A stretch of 64,000 nucleotides of DNA from Macrostomum lignano (Eukaryota). A program made the position numbers and the translations under genes. The stretch's first letter is position 1. Each line of letters starts with the position of its first letter. The DNA lies in contig NIVC01002414.1 of the NCBI GenBank assembly GCA_002269645.1, positions 1 through 64,000 of the forward strand. Direction: 5' to 3'. The notes under the pieces were generated by a model that was given only the letters and a program-made list of their open reading frames with translations, was not told the origin of the DNA and did not search any database. Below, one piece after another: positions 1-12,085 of this stretch.

Positions 1-58
1 GATTTACACTATGAATGTAAAATAAAATGCTCTTGTAAGCGCATAACGTCCTTCTATT

Positions 59-766
59 TAAGAGTCGGCCAACTCCGGCCCGCGAAGCCTCTCTATCCGG
101 CTCTCGGGTGCTTTGAAACTTCACAATAGCAATCCGGCCCGCTCAGGGTTTTAGTGTCTCTTCTCAGCTCTCTTTCTCGCTTCCCCTCTCCCCTCCTCTC
201 CCCTCTCCTCCTCTCCTCTCTCCTTCATCTCTCCTCTCTCCCCTCCTCCCCTCCTCTCCCCTCTCCCTCCTCTCCTCTCTCCCCTTCATCTCTCCTCTCT
301 CCCCTCCTCTCCCCTCTCTCTCTCTTCTCACCCTCCTCTCTTCTCTCTCTCCCTCCCTCTCTCTCCTCTCTCCTCTCTCCTTCCTCTCTCCTCTCTCCCT
401 CCTTTCCCTCCTCTCTCTTCTCTCCCCTCCTCTCCTCCTCTCTCTTCTCTCCCTCCTCTCTCCTATCTCCCTTCCTCTCTCCTCTCTCCCTCCTCTCCCA
501 TCTCTCCTACTATCCCTTCTCTCCTCTCTCCCCTTCTCTCTCCACTCTCCTCTCTACCCTCCTCTCTCTCTCTCCTTCTCCCCTCCTCTCTCCCTCTCCC
601 CTCCTCTCTCCTTCTCCCCTCCTCTCTCCTTCTCCCCTCCTCTCTCCTTCTCTCCCTCTCTCTCCTCTCTCTCCTTCGCTCTCCCCTCTTCTCTCCTTTC
701 TCCTCTCTTCTTACCCTAGATTCTACGTCTGGCCCTTAAGTTAAAAAAATAGTTTACCAACTCCTG
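59..766. mobile_element. Candidate old non-autonomous hAT (Charlie-like) element with an internal CT-rich expansion
   Basis: Left end taagagtcggccaactccggcccgcg (59-84) and right end ggccc...aaaaaaatagtttaccaactcctg (to 766) resemble Charlie-type termini. The terminal 16 bp match 11/16 as inverted repeats. The 8-bp flanks cttctatt and ctctaatt match only 5/8. Confidence 0.4.
154..715. repeat. CT-rich low-complexity (polypyrimidine) tract
   Basis: Almost pure C/T sequence. It explains the spurious S/L/P ORF 154..744. Confidence 0.95.
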
Positions 767-905
767 CTCTAATTAGTGAGCCGTATCAAGGTCTGGAAGC
801 ACAGGCCCAAGCTCGGGCATCTTCAATCAACTCAAACTCCGCGAACCCGCAGAGTTAAAACTCGAAACGACACTTCAACAACAAGCTAACAGCACAGCAG
901 CCAAC

Positions 906-3369
906 ATGACAGCGCAATTAGCTAAACTAGCCATCGACTTGGCGTTTAGCGAAGCCGCAACAACAGCAACAACAATGACAACAACAGCAACGATAATGTC
1001 AACTACGATGGCAAACAACACGACTATCGCTTCTCCCGGAGCTGCCAGAGAGCCGGACTATTCTCCACCTGTCATGGTACTTCTGGGCCTGCTAGCCTCT
1101 ATCGCCAGTTTCGTTACCGTTGTTGGAACCTTCTAGTGGTAACGGCATTCTTCGTTGAACGCCAGCTTCGCAGCGCAACAAATTATTTTATTGCGTCGTT
1201 GGCAATTACAGACTTATTAATTGGCATGTTCAGCATGAACCTGTACACTCTGTACCTGTTGCTGGGCCAGTGGCCACTAGGCAGAATTGTCTGCGACCTG
1301 TGGCTGTCTCTGGACTACACGGCCTGTCTGACCTCGCAGTACACAGTGTTCTGCATCACGGTTGACCGATTCTGCTCGGTGAAAATACCCGCCAAGTATA
1401 GAAAATGGAGAACAGAGCGAAAGGTGCAAGTCATGGTGGCGGCCACTTGGGTCCTGCCCGCTCTGCTCTTTGTGCCGCCGATTTTTGCCTGGCCGTACGT
1501 TGCCAGCAGCCAACGGAACGACAACGAGTGCTTCGCCGAGTTCTCGGAGGATCCTGTGTACAACACTGTGCTGACCATCTGCTACTTCTGGGTGACCCTG
1601 GCCGTGATGATCGGGCTGTACATCGGCATCTACCGCGTAGCGCTCCAGCTGGCCAGAAAGTCCGAGGCCAAACGCCAGAAGGTGAACAATTTGATTAATT
1701 TGTCCTCCACTGGAGGCGGCGGCGCTGGAGGCAACGGCGGCAGAGGCGGAGGTGGCGGTGCCGGCGGAGCAGCGGGTCGGCCAGCCGCGTCCGAGTCGGC
1801 AGCAACCTCCGGTGCCACCGGTGGACACGCAGGCGTCGGTGGCGGCGACGTCGGGGACGACGGCGGCCGCACGATCCGTTGATGCCGTCAAATCGGAAGG
1901 CGGCAGTGTCGAGCAGAAAAGATGAAGCGACCGGCGCTACGGGCTTCTCCGGCAGCGACAGGAAGATGTCGAAACGGGAGCGCAAGAAGCTGCACCAGCA
2001 GCAGCAGCAGCAGCTGAGGCAGCGGCAGCAGCGAGGCGCCGGCGCTGGCCGAGGCGTCAACAGTTCGGGCGACGAGGACCGGTCGAGCTCCCCGGTGCTG
2101 CCTTCCGACTCGGACAACGGCCAAGACGCGGCCCAGGCTTCGAACAATCAGAAGCAGCACCGAAAGCAGAAGAAGCAGCAACAACAGCAACATCATCATT
2201 ATCAGAAGCAGCAACAGGCAAAAACTGGAAGGACAGCGCCGCCGCTCTCGGCGATCCAGAGCCCGGTGCTAGTGGAGACACCGCCGCCGCCGCTTCCGCC
2301 TCTGCCGCCTCCACCGCAGGTGTCTGAGCAGCTTCATGGAGACCAGCAGCAGCAGCAGCCGCAAAAACAGCAACAGCGCAGGGCGTTGCCAATGAACGCA
2401 TCCAGTGACTCAGACTACCACACAGCCAGCGGACTGAGCTACGAGAACCCGGCCCTAGACGTCAATGGCAGCCTGGCTATGGTGCACTTTGCTGTGCCAG
2501 TGCACCAGATGCTACCAGATGACAGTCAGGGCGGACAACAGCAGAAACAGCAGCAGCAGCAACAGCAGCCGCCGCCGCCGTACTCGCTCTGCGCCCCGTC
2601 TGACAGTTTGAAGGCCTGCGCTACATCGACGAGGACAGCATCCGGTCAAATCCGTCAATCGACTCGATGCGCCTTCTGGTGGAGCTGCTGCCTAAGCGTT
2701 GGTGGCGTCAGCAGCTCAACTCGGGTGAACGGGAGGGCGGTCGCGGCGGCTCTTCGCCGGTGTGGAAACGTCGAACGTCCTTCCAGCGATCGTCCGATTG
2801 TCGGAGAAACTCCGAGACAACGAAAACAACCGCGGCAGCGACACCAACGGCCACCACGGAGGATGCGTTCCTGACCGATCGGATTGTGACTTCGGTAGTG
2901 GAGCTGCCAGCCAGCGGAACAGCTGCGAGCTCACCATCTTGGATCAGACAGATGAGGAGGCACCCCGGGCTCGAACCTCAGCCAGCCGTCGGGTGGCCGC
3001 GGTGTCACAAGTCACGCGGTATCTTCGCGACGCAACTCGTCGCATCCGACGCCAGGTGGGCAGCCGAGCCGCTGGCAAGACGCTGAAGCTGGCCAAGAAA
3101 CAGTCGCGAACGGAGAATCGAGCCCGGAAGGCATTGAAGACAATCAGTTTGATCCTCGCGCCTTCGTGGCCTGCTGGACGCCCTACCACGTGTTCATTCT
3201 CATCAGGAGCATCTGCAAAGGCACCTGCCTCAATCCTCATCTGTACAACCTGGGCTACTGGCTGTGCTACATGAACAGCCCCATCAATCCGTTCTGCTAC
3301 GCCTTGGCTAACGCTCAGTTTAAGAAGACCTTCCTTAGAATCTTTCGGCTGGATCTTCGACGTAGATAA
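906..3369 (+). CDS. Muscarinic acetylcholine receptor, invertebrate B-type (GAR-1/GAR-2-like). Apparently intronless, with about 5 single-base frameshifts in this assembly.
   Basis: TM2-3 NYFIASLAITDLLIGMFSMNLYT...CDLWLSLDYTACLTSQYTVFCITVDRFCSVKIPAKYR; TM5 YFWVTLAVMIGLY; long low-complexity third intracellular loop; ENRARKALKTISLIL; TM6 CWTPYHV; TM7 GYWLCYMNSPINPFCYALAN. Frame changes at about 1127 (one extra A restores GNLLVV), about 1875, about 2660, about 2950 and about 3158 (one extra G restores ILGAFVACW). Confidence 0.9.
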
Positions 3370-3475
3370 CCGCGTCCTGAGACTTGTGAAGCCCTCACCA
3401 ACCCCTGTCAGTCAATTGGATATTTTTTTAAATATTGTCTGCATAATCAGTTTTGATTGTTAAATTCCCAAACAA

Positions 3476-4222
3476 TAGATGGGATAGATGGGATAGATGG
3501 GATATCCTTCGTAGGTGGGATAGATGGGATAGATAAAATAGTTGGAATAAATGGGATAGATGGGATAAATGGGATAGATGGATAGATGGGATAAATGGGA
3601 TAGATGGGATAGATGATGGGATAGATTGGATAGATGGGATACATTGGATAGGTGGGATAGGTGGGATAAATGGGATAGATGGGATAAATGCAATAGATGG
3701 GATAAATGCAATAGATGGGATAAATGGGGTATAGAATAGTTGGGATTAATGGGATAAATGGGATAAATGGGATAAGTGGGATAAATGGAATAAATGGGAT
3801 AAATGGGATAAAGGGAATAGATGGGATAGTTGGGATAAATGGGATAGATGGGATAGATGATGGGATAGATTGGATAGATGGGATATATTGGATAGGTGGG
3901 ATAGGTGATATAGATGGGATATAGATGGGATACATAAGATAAATGGGATAGATGGGTATATTGGATAGGTGGGATAGATGGGAAAATTGGGATTGATAGA
4001 TTAAATTGATAAGATAGACGGGATATAGATGTGGTAAATGGGATATAGATGTGATAAAGGGGATATAGATGTGATAAATGGGATATAGATGTGATAAATG
4101 GGTTGTAGATGTGATAAATTAGATATAGATGTGATAAATGGGATATAGATGTGATAAATGGGATATAGATGGGATAAATGGGATATAGATGGGATAAATG
4201 GGATATAGATGGGATAGATAGG
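3476..4222. repeat. Degenerate GGGATAGAT/GGGATAAAT simple repeat
   Basis: Tandem 9-10 and 20-bp units. Source of the I/P/Y ORFs at 3447-4317. Confidence 0.9.
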
Positions 4223-5536
4223 ATATTCACATCTGCATGTGCGCACAATTCCAATGTCAGCATGTCTCTCTGTTCGCAGCACATTGCTCGATAAGAGTCA
4301 GCCATGTAAATTTGCAAATTTGAAAAATAATATCGGATTCAATACTAATTCTGCCTATTTATACGGATTATTACATCTATATACTGTTGCTGTTTGCTAC
4401 ACATTACACAGCAGCTTCCATTTAAACACATTTAGGCGCCGCCACAAATTCAGCTATCCATATTCATAATTAGTCATACTCGCTACTTACTACTGTTTTA
4501 GTAGCAAATCTTAGCAAAACTCAAAGATTTTGTTCATGCTAGCTTGTGTGTTTTAGTTAATTAACTTATTCTGCGAGTACAGAGTAAATATTTTCTGTCG
4601 TGTAATTTTTTAATTCATTCTTATTATCGATTTTAACAAAGATTATAATAACATTTTTTGTTATAACATGCCCCGTTTGCGTCCACTTGAACGAGTGGCC
4701 ACGATGCTGGATAGATTAATTGATTGTTTTATTTAATGACGAGAATATTAACTTTTTAAATATGATATTCTCTTTTAAAGTGTTTAATAATTTGTTAAAA
4801 AGCTCAATCAGAGACACTGTCTATTCAAAAAGGACATTATTTTCGTTTATCTAAAATGCAAGCTCGAATATTTTAATGGCGATTTGTTAGTTCGAAGCAA
4901 AAATTCAAAATGACACTTCCATCCTTCCATGAGCGTAGTAAACTTCGCTGAATTGTGATTATGAATTATGTGAAAACGATCATTTAAATTTTGTTATAAT
5001 CTAAAAGTTCAAATTCGAAAATTTTCTATCGCGTTGTGATTACTGCTGCAATCATCGTTGATAATTTGAACTGTTGAAGATAAACAAGTGTGTTAAGATA
5101 TTTTTCATTTCTAGAGAGTTATTGGCTAGATTAGCAACCCAGTCTAATCTCAAAGTACATCGTAATCTTTTATCGAAACAAGGACACTAGAAGGTCAAAG
5201 ACGCGGCTATTTAACCATAATAGAAACAATCATTATATTTATAATTGAATTCGCACAAACTTCTAGCTCGCAAATACGTGTAGGTATGTACTTGCTAATT
5301 AAAATCACAGACAGATTAAATATTTAGCATCGGGGAGAGAGCTGTCACTCATAAGTACTTGTACTGGGTATGAATTTACAGTGGGCACACATTTTGATAT
5401 GTAAACAAATATTAAAGCACTTTGTTCTAACAAATAGGCATTTTGTGAGCAATGGACAGCCCGACCAGAGGCAATTGAAAGAGTTTGCAATTAATTTTTC
5501 TACTAACTGCTTACAAAGATATTTGCTGTTGAAAGG

Positions 5537-6445
5537 GCGGATAGTGAGAGGGGTAAGGGGCGGATAGTGAATAGGATAAGGGGCGGATAGTGAGAGGGAT
5601 AAGGAGCGGATAGTGAGAGGGATAAGGGGCTGATAGTGAATAGGATAAGGGGCGGATAGTGAGAGAGATAAGGAGCGGAGAAAAAGGAGTCAGGGGCAGA
5701 GATAGAGAGGAGTCAGGGGCGGAGATAGAGAGGAGTCAGGGCGGAGATAGAGAGGAGTCAGGGGCGAAGATAGAGAGGAGTCAGAGGCGGATATAGAGAG
5801 GAGTCAGGGGCGGAGGTATAGAGGAGTCAGAGGCGGAGATAGAGAGGATTCAGAGGCGGATATAGAGAGGAGTCAGGGGCGGAGGTATAGAGGAGTCAGA
5901 GGCGGAGACAGAGAGGATTCAGAGGCGGATATAGAGAGGAGTCAGGGGCGGAGAGAAAAGAGGAGTCAGGGGCGGAGATAGAGAAGAGTCAGGGGCGGAG
6001 AAAAAAAGAGGAGTCAGGGACGGAGATAGAGAAGAGTCAGGGGCGGAGATAGAGAAGAGTCAGGGGCGGAGAAAAAAAGAGGAGTCAGGGGCGGAGATAG
6101 AGAAGAGTCAGGGGCGGAGATAGAGAAGAGTCAGGGGCGGAGAAAAAAAGAGGAGTCAGGGCGGAGATAGAGAAGAGTCAGGGGCGGAGATAGAGAAGAG
6201 TCAGAGGCGGAGATAGAGAAGAGTCAGGGGCGGAGATAGAGAAGAGTCAGGGGCGGAGATAGAGAAGAGTCAGGGGCGGAGATAGAGAAGAGTCAGGGGC
6301 GGAGATAGAGAAGAGTCAGGGGCGGAGATAGAGAAGAGTCAGGGGCGGAGATAGAGAAGAGTCAGGGGCGGAGATAGAGAAGAGTCAGGGGCGGAGATAG
6401 ATAAGAGTCAGGGGCGGAGATAGAGAAGAGTCAGGGGCGGAGAGA
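5537..6445. repeat. 23-bp minisatellite (GGGGCGGAGATAGAGAAGAGTCA)
   Basis: Tandem copies read directly, with more degenerate units at the left end. Confidence 0.95.
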
Positions 6446-6706
6446 GGGGTGAGGATTGAGTTATGAGTGATGGAGTTTAAGGAAACGGCAAGTCAGTGAA
6501 ATGGCACAACGCATTTCATTGCTAAGCCAGATCTCTCATCTGTCCCTCTTCAATCGTCGGATTCAATCAGCGTTTAAAATCAACCAGTCCGTTTCAGTCA
6601 ATCAATTTCAATAATACTAAAAAATCAGATGACAAGAATCGAGCGGTTCGTTCTATTTGTGCGCGTTTATTTTACCTTCGCGTCCACCAGCGCGGCAAGT
6701 CGGCGG

Positions 6707-9447
6707 TCAGCAGAGCTCCGACGTTGCTTCCTCGTCGTTGTCTTCGGCTGACTCGCATGTAGCCGTTGCTGTTGTCATGGTAGCAGTCTTGGCGTCGTCG
6801 AGACTTGCTGCTTCAAGTTGTTGTTGCTGCTGTTGCTGCTGTTGCTGCTGCTGAGATCGGTGGTGCTGCTCAAACCGCCTCGCCTGCTGCTGCCTGATAA
6901 ACCAAGCTGGCGCATCGTCCTCACCATCGTCGTAGGTGGAATAGCCACTCGGATTGCTAAGCTGGTACTGTTGGCAAAGGTGATTTAGTCAGTTGGATTA
7001 GTTAATCAGATTTTCGAGACAAAATTTAAGACAAATCCCCGTGAAAGCTAAAAATGGTCTTGCACCTGGTGATGCTGCTGGTGCTGATGATGCGGATAAT
7101 GATACTGATGCTGGTGGTGTTGCTGCTTGCCAACCGACGAATGATGATGCTGCTGATGCGGCTGCTGATGATGCTGGGGAAGACAGGCGTTAGCCATTGT
7201 GTAATAATCTGGAGGGAGGCAGCTCCAGCCGAAAACGTCCATTGGATAGAGGTCTAGCAGGCAGTTCTTCACGCCATTTGACATTTGTAGTTGGCGCAGT
7301 CTAATGTATAAGAAATAAATTCAATTTTTACTTAATAGCGCCCCTATAAACAACCACACTATGGTTTGCAGTGTCGATAAAACTCCAAGCCCCAACACCC
7401 ATTGCTATTGGTGCCTAATAAAACTCCAAGCCCCAACACCCATTGCTATTGGTGCCTAATAAAACTCCAAGCCCCAACACCCATTGCTATTGGTGCCTAA
7501 TAAAACTCCAAGCCCCAACACCCCATTGCTATTGGTGCCTAATAAAACTCCAAGCCCCAACAACCCATTGCTATTGGTGCCTAATAAAACTCCAAGCCCC
7601 AACACCCCATTGCTATTGGTGCCTAATAAAACTCCAAGCCCCAACAACCCATTGCTATTGGTGCCTAATAAAACTCCAAGCCCCAACACCCCATTGCATA
7701 TCAGTGTCTAATAAAACTCCAAGCCCGAAGACCCCATTGCTTATCAGTGCCTAATAAAACTCCAAGCCCGAACACCCCATTGCTTATCAGTGCCTAATAA
7801 AACTCCAAGCCCCAAGCCAACACCCCATTGCTTATTAGTGTCTAATAAAACTCCAAGACTCAACACCCCATGGCTATCGGTGCTTAAAAACCTCCAAACC
7901 CCAAGTCTCACCCGAGTAGAATGGAGACGCAGCCGAATTTCACGGTGACCTCGCACTTAGGCGTATTAACAATCTCTAACGAATTAGTAATCAGCGTGAA
8001 CGCACCAGACGTTGGCGACACAATCATTTGATTGACGAAACGGTCCGGTCCTGTCCACCAAACTCTGAGCTCGCCAGCTGCTTGAAGTTCAGCTCGAACG
8101 GAGCACAAGTCGACTGATAAAAATGTAGTTTTGGTTGTTCATGACGCCATAGAATAGTTATGCATGAAGCAACCGTAAGAAAGAAGATTACTCACGATTA
8201 ATTGCTCCGCTGGCGTCGCGACACACCTTGGAACCCTTAACCATTTCCTGCACCTGTAATGGAAAATTCTCGTCGCTATTCCGTCGGAACAGACGCTGAT
8301 GGGTGAGATCCTCGTGCGCGATGTAGATGGTTTCCTCTTTGGCGCAGTTGATGCCCGATTGAGTCACCCGGTAATACTCGCGACCTTTGCGCACCACCGA
8401 AGGCCGGTTAGGCGCCCGGAGCATCAGTTCGCAGTCGCGGTCGAATGCCAGAGCAACTCGTTGAGCTCCGGTGTCGAACCAGCCCCGACAATTGTAATGA
8501 TACAGCGAGCCAATGGAGGCGGCGCTGCTCACAGCCAGAGCCGAATTGTTCCGGTTGTTAATAATCCGAATAGCATAGTCTGACACCTCCAGTGCGATAT
8601 GCTTATTGAGTCGAAGATGAGCGATACCATCATCGGAGATGTAAGCTGCCGGATACTCGAGCTCGACGGAGGGCCCAGAGGCCTGCGAGAGGCTGGTAAG
8701 ACAGCCAACTGAGAGTTCGCTCAGACTGATTGGACTCGTTGAGCTGCATTCGTCGCCGCACTGCTGCTGCTGTTGCTGCTGCTGCAGCAGTTGCGGAGGT
8801 TGCTGATGCTGCTGCTGATTCTGATGCTGATTCTGATGCAGATAATGACTCTGCGGCTGATACTGGCTGTGCTGTGGATAAGCTGGTCTAGCCATGGTCG
8901 TATTGTAATCGTACAGTTCGTGCTGTTGCTGCTGCTGCTGTTGATGCTGATGCTGATGCTGATGTTGATGCTGCGTATTCAACTGCAGATGATGCAAGCT
9001 CTGCTGCTGATGCTGATGATGCTGCTGATGCTGCATCTCAGCGGCTAGGCCGGCCGTGGACGGATTCTGCATTGGGTAGAGGCCGTCGGTCGGCTGCTGC
9101 GGCGGCGCGAGCATCAGGGCAGCGTAGCCGGGGGCGCACGAGTAGGCCCCTGACCGAGCCGCCTGCCGCGCCCAGGCCATGAGGTCGCGCGCCTGGCACA
9201 GCTGGCAGTCGCAGCACTGCACCGTGGAGGCGGCAGCAGCTGTTGCTGCGGCGGCGGCGGCTGCGGCGGCGGCTGCAGCGGCGGCGTGAACAGAGGACGC
9301 CGAGGACAGAGAAACAACGGCGGCACCGGATGATGAGGAAGTCTCCGCCACTGACAGCGACTGTTGAGCCGTGGTCGACGCCGCTACAAACGCTGTGTTC
9401 TGCTGCTGTTGCTGCTGCTGATGGTGATAGGCAATGGTATCCTCCAT
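6707..9447 (-). CDS. Uncharacterised protein: polyQ/H/A N-terminus, conserved-looking beta-rich C-terminal domain, polyQ tail (4 exons)
   Basis: Exons 9447-8196, 8113-7912, 7300-7066 and 6967-6707 all have GT-AG junctions in compatible phases (1, 2, 0), giving one open frame from ATG (MEDTIAY) to TGA. Globular part: YISDDGIAHLRLNKHIALEVSDYAIRIINN...IVSPTSGAFTLITNSLEI...LRQLQMSNGVKNCLLD. Confidence 0.85.
7373..7905. repeat. 42-bp intronic minisatellite (CTAATAAAACTCCAAGCCCCAACACCCCATTGCTATTGGTGC)
   Basis: Tandem copies fill intron 2 (7301-7911) of the gene at 6707-9447. Confidence 0.95.
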
Positions 9448-9911
9448 TTTTCTGTCTTTATATTCTGACTGCAGTTGTTTAGCTGATTCAATAGTAGAGT
9501 AGAAAATATTCAGGTTAACAACTGGAAACCCTACATTATTATAAACTCCCAAAGATAACGCAATACTACAGTTTATATTTCAATTCTACGAAGCAAGGAT
9601 TCAACAAAAATGTCACCTAACTGGAACAGATGTTGAAAAGTCTGCGTCCCAGCATCTGGGGCTCAGAGTAAGGAATTTGAATTCGCTGCAACACTTACGG
9701 CCATAGACAAGGTCGCGCAAGTATCTACTCGTATATAGTACTGTTGCAGTATTCTTAAGTTATACTTTTAACTGAATTAAATGTGTGCCTATGCAACACT
9801 TACACTTGCATGTATTCTATTGTTTTCAGACTTGCATGTACATGTCTAGTTCAGAAGCCTCTGAAATTACATGATTTTCACACGTCAGTACCATAAAGAA
9901 CTGTTAGCATC

Positions 9912-10450
9912 TTGATCCATCAGCACCCTCTCAACACAGTCACGACTTTGATCCATCAGCACCCTCTCAAACAGTCACGACTTTGATCCATCAGCACCCT
10001 CTCAAACAGTCACGATTTTGATCCATCAGCACCCTCTCAAACAGTCACGATTTTGATCCATCAGCACCCTCTCAAACAGTCACGATTTTGATCCATCAGC
10101 ACCCTTTCAATCAGTCACGACTTTGATCCATCAGCACCCTCTCAAACAGTCACGATTTTGATCCATCAGCACCCTCTCAAACAGTCACGATTTTGAACCA
10201 TCAGCACCCTCTCAATCAGTCACGATTTTGATCTGTCAGCACCCTCTCAAACAGTCACGATTTTGATCTGTCAGCACCCTCTCAAACAGTCACGATTTTG
10301 ATCTGTCAGCACCCTCTCAAACAGTCACGATTTTGATCTGTCAGCACCCTCTCAAACAGTCACGATTTTGATCTGTCAGCACCCTCTCAAACAGTCACGA
10401 TTTTGATCTGTCAGCACCCTCTCAATCAGTCACGACTTTGATCCGCCAGC
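9912..10450. repeat. 35-bp minisatellite (GATCCATCAGCACCCTCTCAAACAGTCACGATTTT)
   Basis: About 15 near-identical tandem copies. Confidence 0.95.
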
Positions 10451-11484
10451 ACAGTAAGTAAACAGTCAAGATGTCCATCAATGACATTTCATTAAAAGAA
10501 TTAAGGCAATAAAACTACTAAAAAAAACATTTTTTCTAAGCGATTCAAGCGGATTTGTTAAAACTCGCCAATGGGACTTTGATTTATTAACAAACAAATA
10601 GTTCCATTTAGAAAACAACAGATAAGAAATAATTATATTAACAATTTTTTAAATGTTCAATTAAAAAAATAAATTTAAAATTCGAAATTCAAAATTCAAC
10701 AAGCATCGATTTTGAGTTGATTTGTTCATAATCAACAGTGCAGTACAAGTAGTTGTATGTAAATTTCTATGCAAACAAATAATGTAGCAAACAGTATGAT
10801 GTGTACAGTACAGCTGGCGCATTAACAGAAATTATTTGACGGAGTATTTACATGTTACACGAGTACTTTTTTTATAATTCTGAAAGCAAAAAACATCATA
10901 ATTAGCGACAAGTATTACATCTGCTGGAAGTCCTGGTAACAACTGCAATTAAAAATAGTCTATTTTATCATACTCACAGATACTATATTAACTAGATGGG
11001 CCACTCAGCACATTTGCGTGTAAGCTACTTTCAGTTCAGTTATTCAATATATATATATATATATTCAGTAGCAAGTTAAACAGAAGCATTTTAATGTATT
11101 TTTAAACCAAGGCTCATTTATTGTCTTTTACCGCCAGCTTAAACCCTCCCTCCAACCGCGCCTTTCCACACCACCCCCCGCCCCGCCCCAATTTTTATTG
11201 CCTTTCTCGGAATTCCAGCCTAAAGCTGCAATGTACATTTCAGTGGCCTGGCTAATGTGCATTATTGCTGAACCAATTAGCAAGCTGTTTACGCCTGCAA
11301 GCTTGGGCTTCTAAACCTGGGCTTCTAAGCCTTCTTTATAAAATAGCTTATGTATTCTTATTTGCTACTGAACTGCAAGTAGAAAGGTGTTTTACAAAGT
11401 ATATATGCCTGAGTGGCCCATCTAGCTATTTGGTATTTGTGATCATACTAGGCAGCTCATCACGTGACGAAAGAATTGCAACGG

Positions 11485-12036
11485 CTAGCTGGAAGGTTTG
11501 TCGTCATCCGCAATTGAAATTGTGCGCTTCTCTTTAACCAAAATTTTGCTGGCCAACTGTTGAATGCTTTGGCCGAGTTGGGCGATCACATTGGCCATGG
11601 CCGAGTCAATGATGCCAGTGGGGATCCAGCCCTGAGCAGTAGCATTGGGGGGCGGCGTTGGTTGCGGTCTTGTGAGTTAAGGATCGATAGTGACTACAAG
11701 GACAACTAAGTAGTAAGTAGTTACTTGAGTAGTCCTTGAGTGATTATAGACAGACAGGCAGTACACTCAGATTAGACAGGTAGGACACTCAGATTAGACA
11801 GGTAGGACACTCAGATAAGACAGGTAGGACACTCAGATTAGACAGGTAGGACACTCAGATAAGACAGGCAGGACACTTAGATTAGACAGGTAGGACACTC
11901 AGATTAGACAGGTAGGACACTCAGATTAGACAGAGGGGACACTCCAATTAGACAGGTTGGACACAGACACACAGACAGACACACAGACAGACACACAGAC
12001 AGACAGACAGACAGACAGACAGCCAGCCAGCCAGCC

Positions 12037-12085
<49 letters not shown>

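Noticed and set aside
1120-3170. Programmed ribosomal frameshifting or RNA editing in the mAChR gene
   Set aside because: Too many sites, no slippery heptamers or stimulatory structures seen, and similar single-base indels affect other genes and differ between the duplicated arms. Sequencing error is simpler.
1277-3240. Long antisense and alternative-frame ORFs over the receptor (likewise over 8299-9482 and 47375-48169)
   Set aside because: Expected shadows of GC-rich coding DNA, with no recognisable motifs.
4668-4730. MPRLRPLERVATML resembles a Tc1-type transposase start
   Set aside because: Only about 14 codons, with no TIR pair or downstream DDE region. Too short to support.
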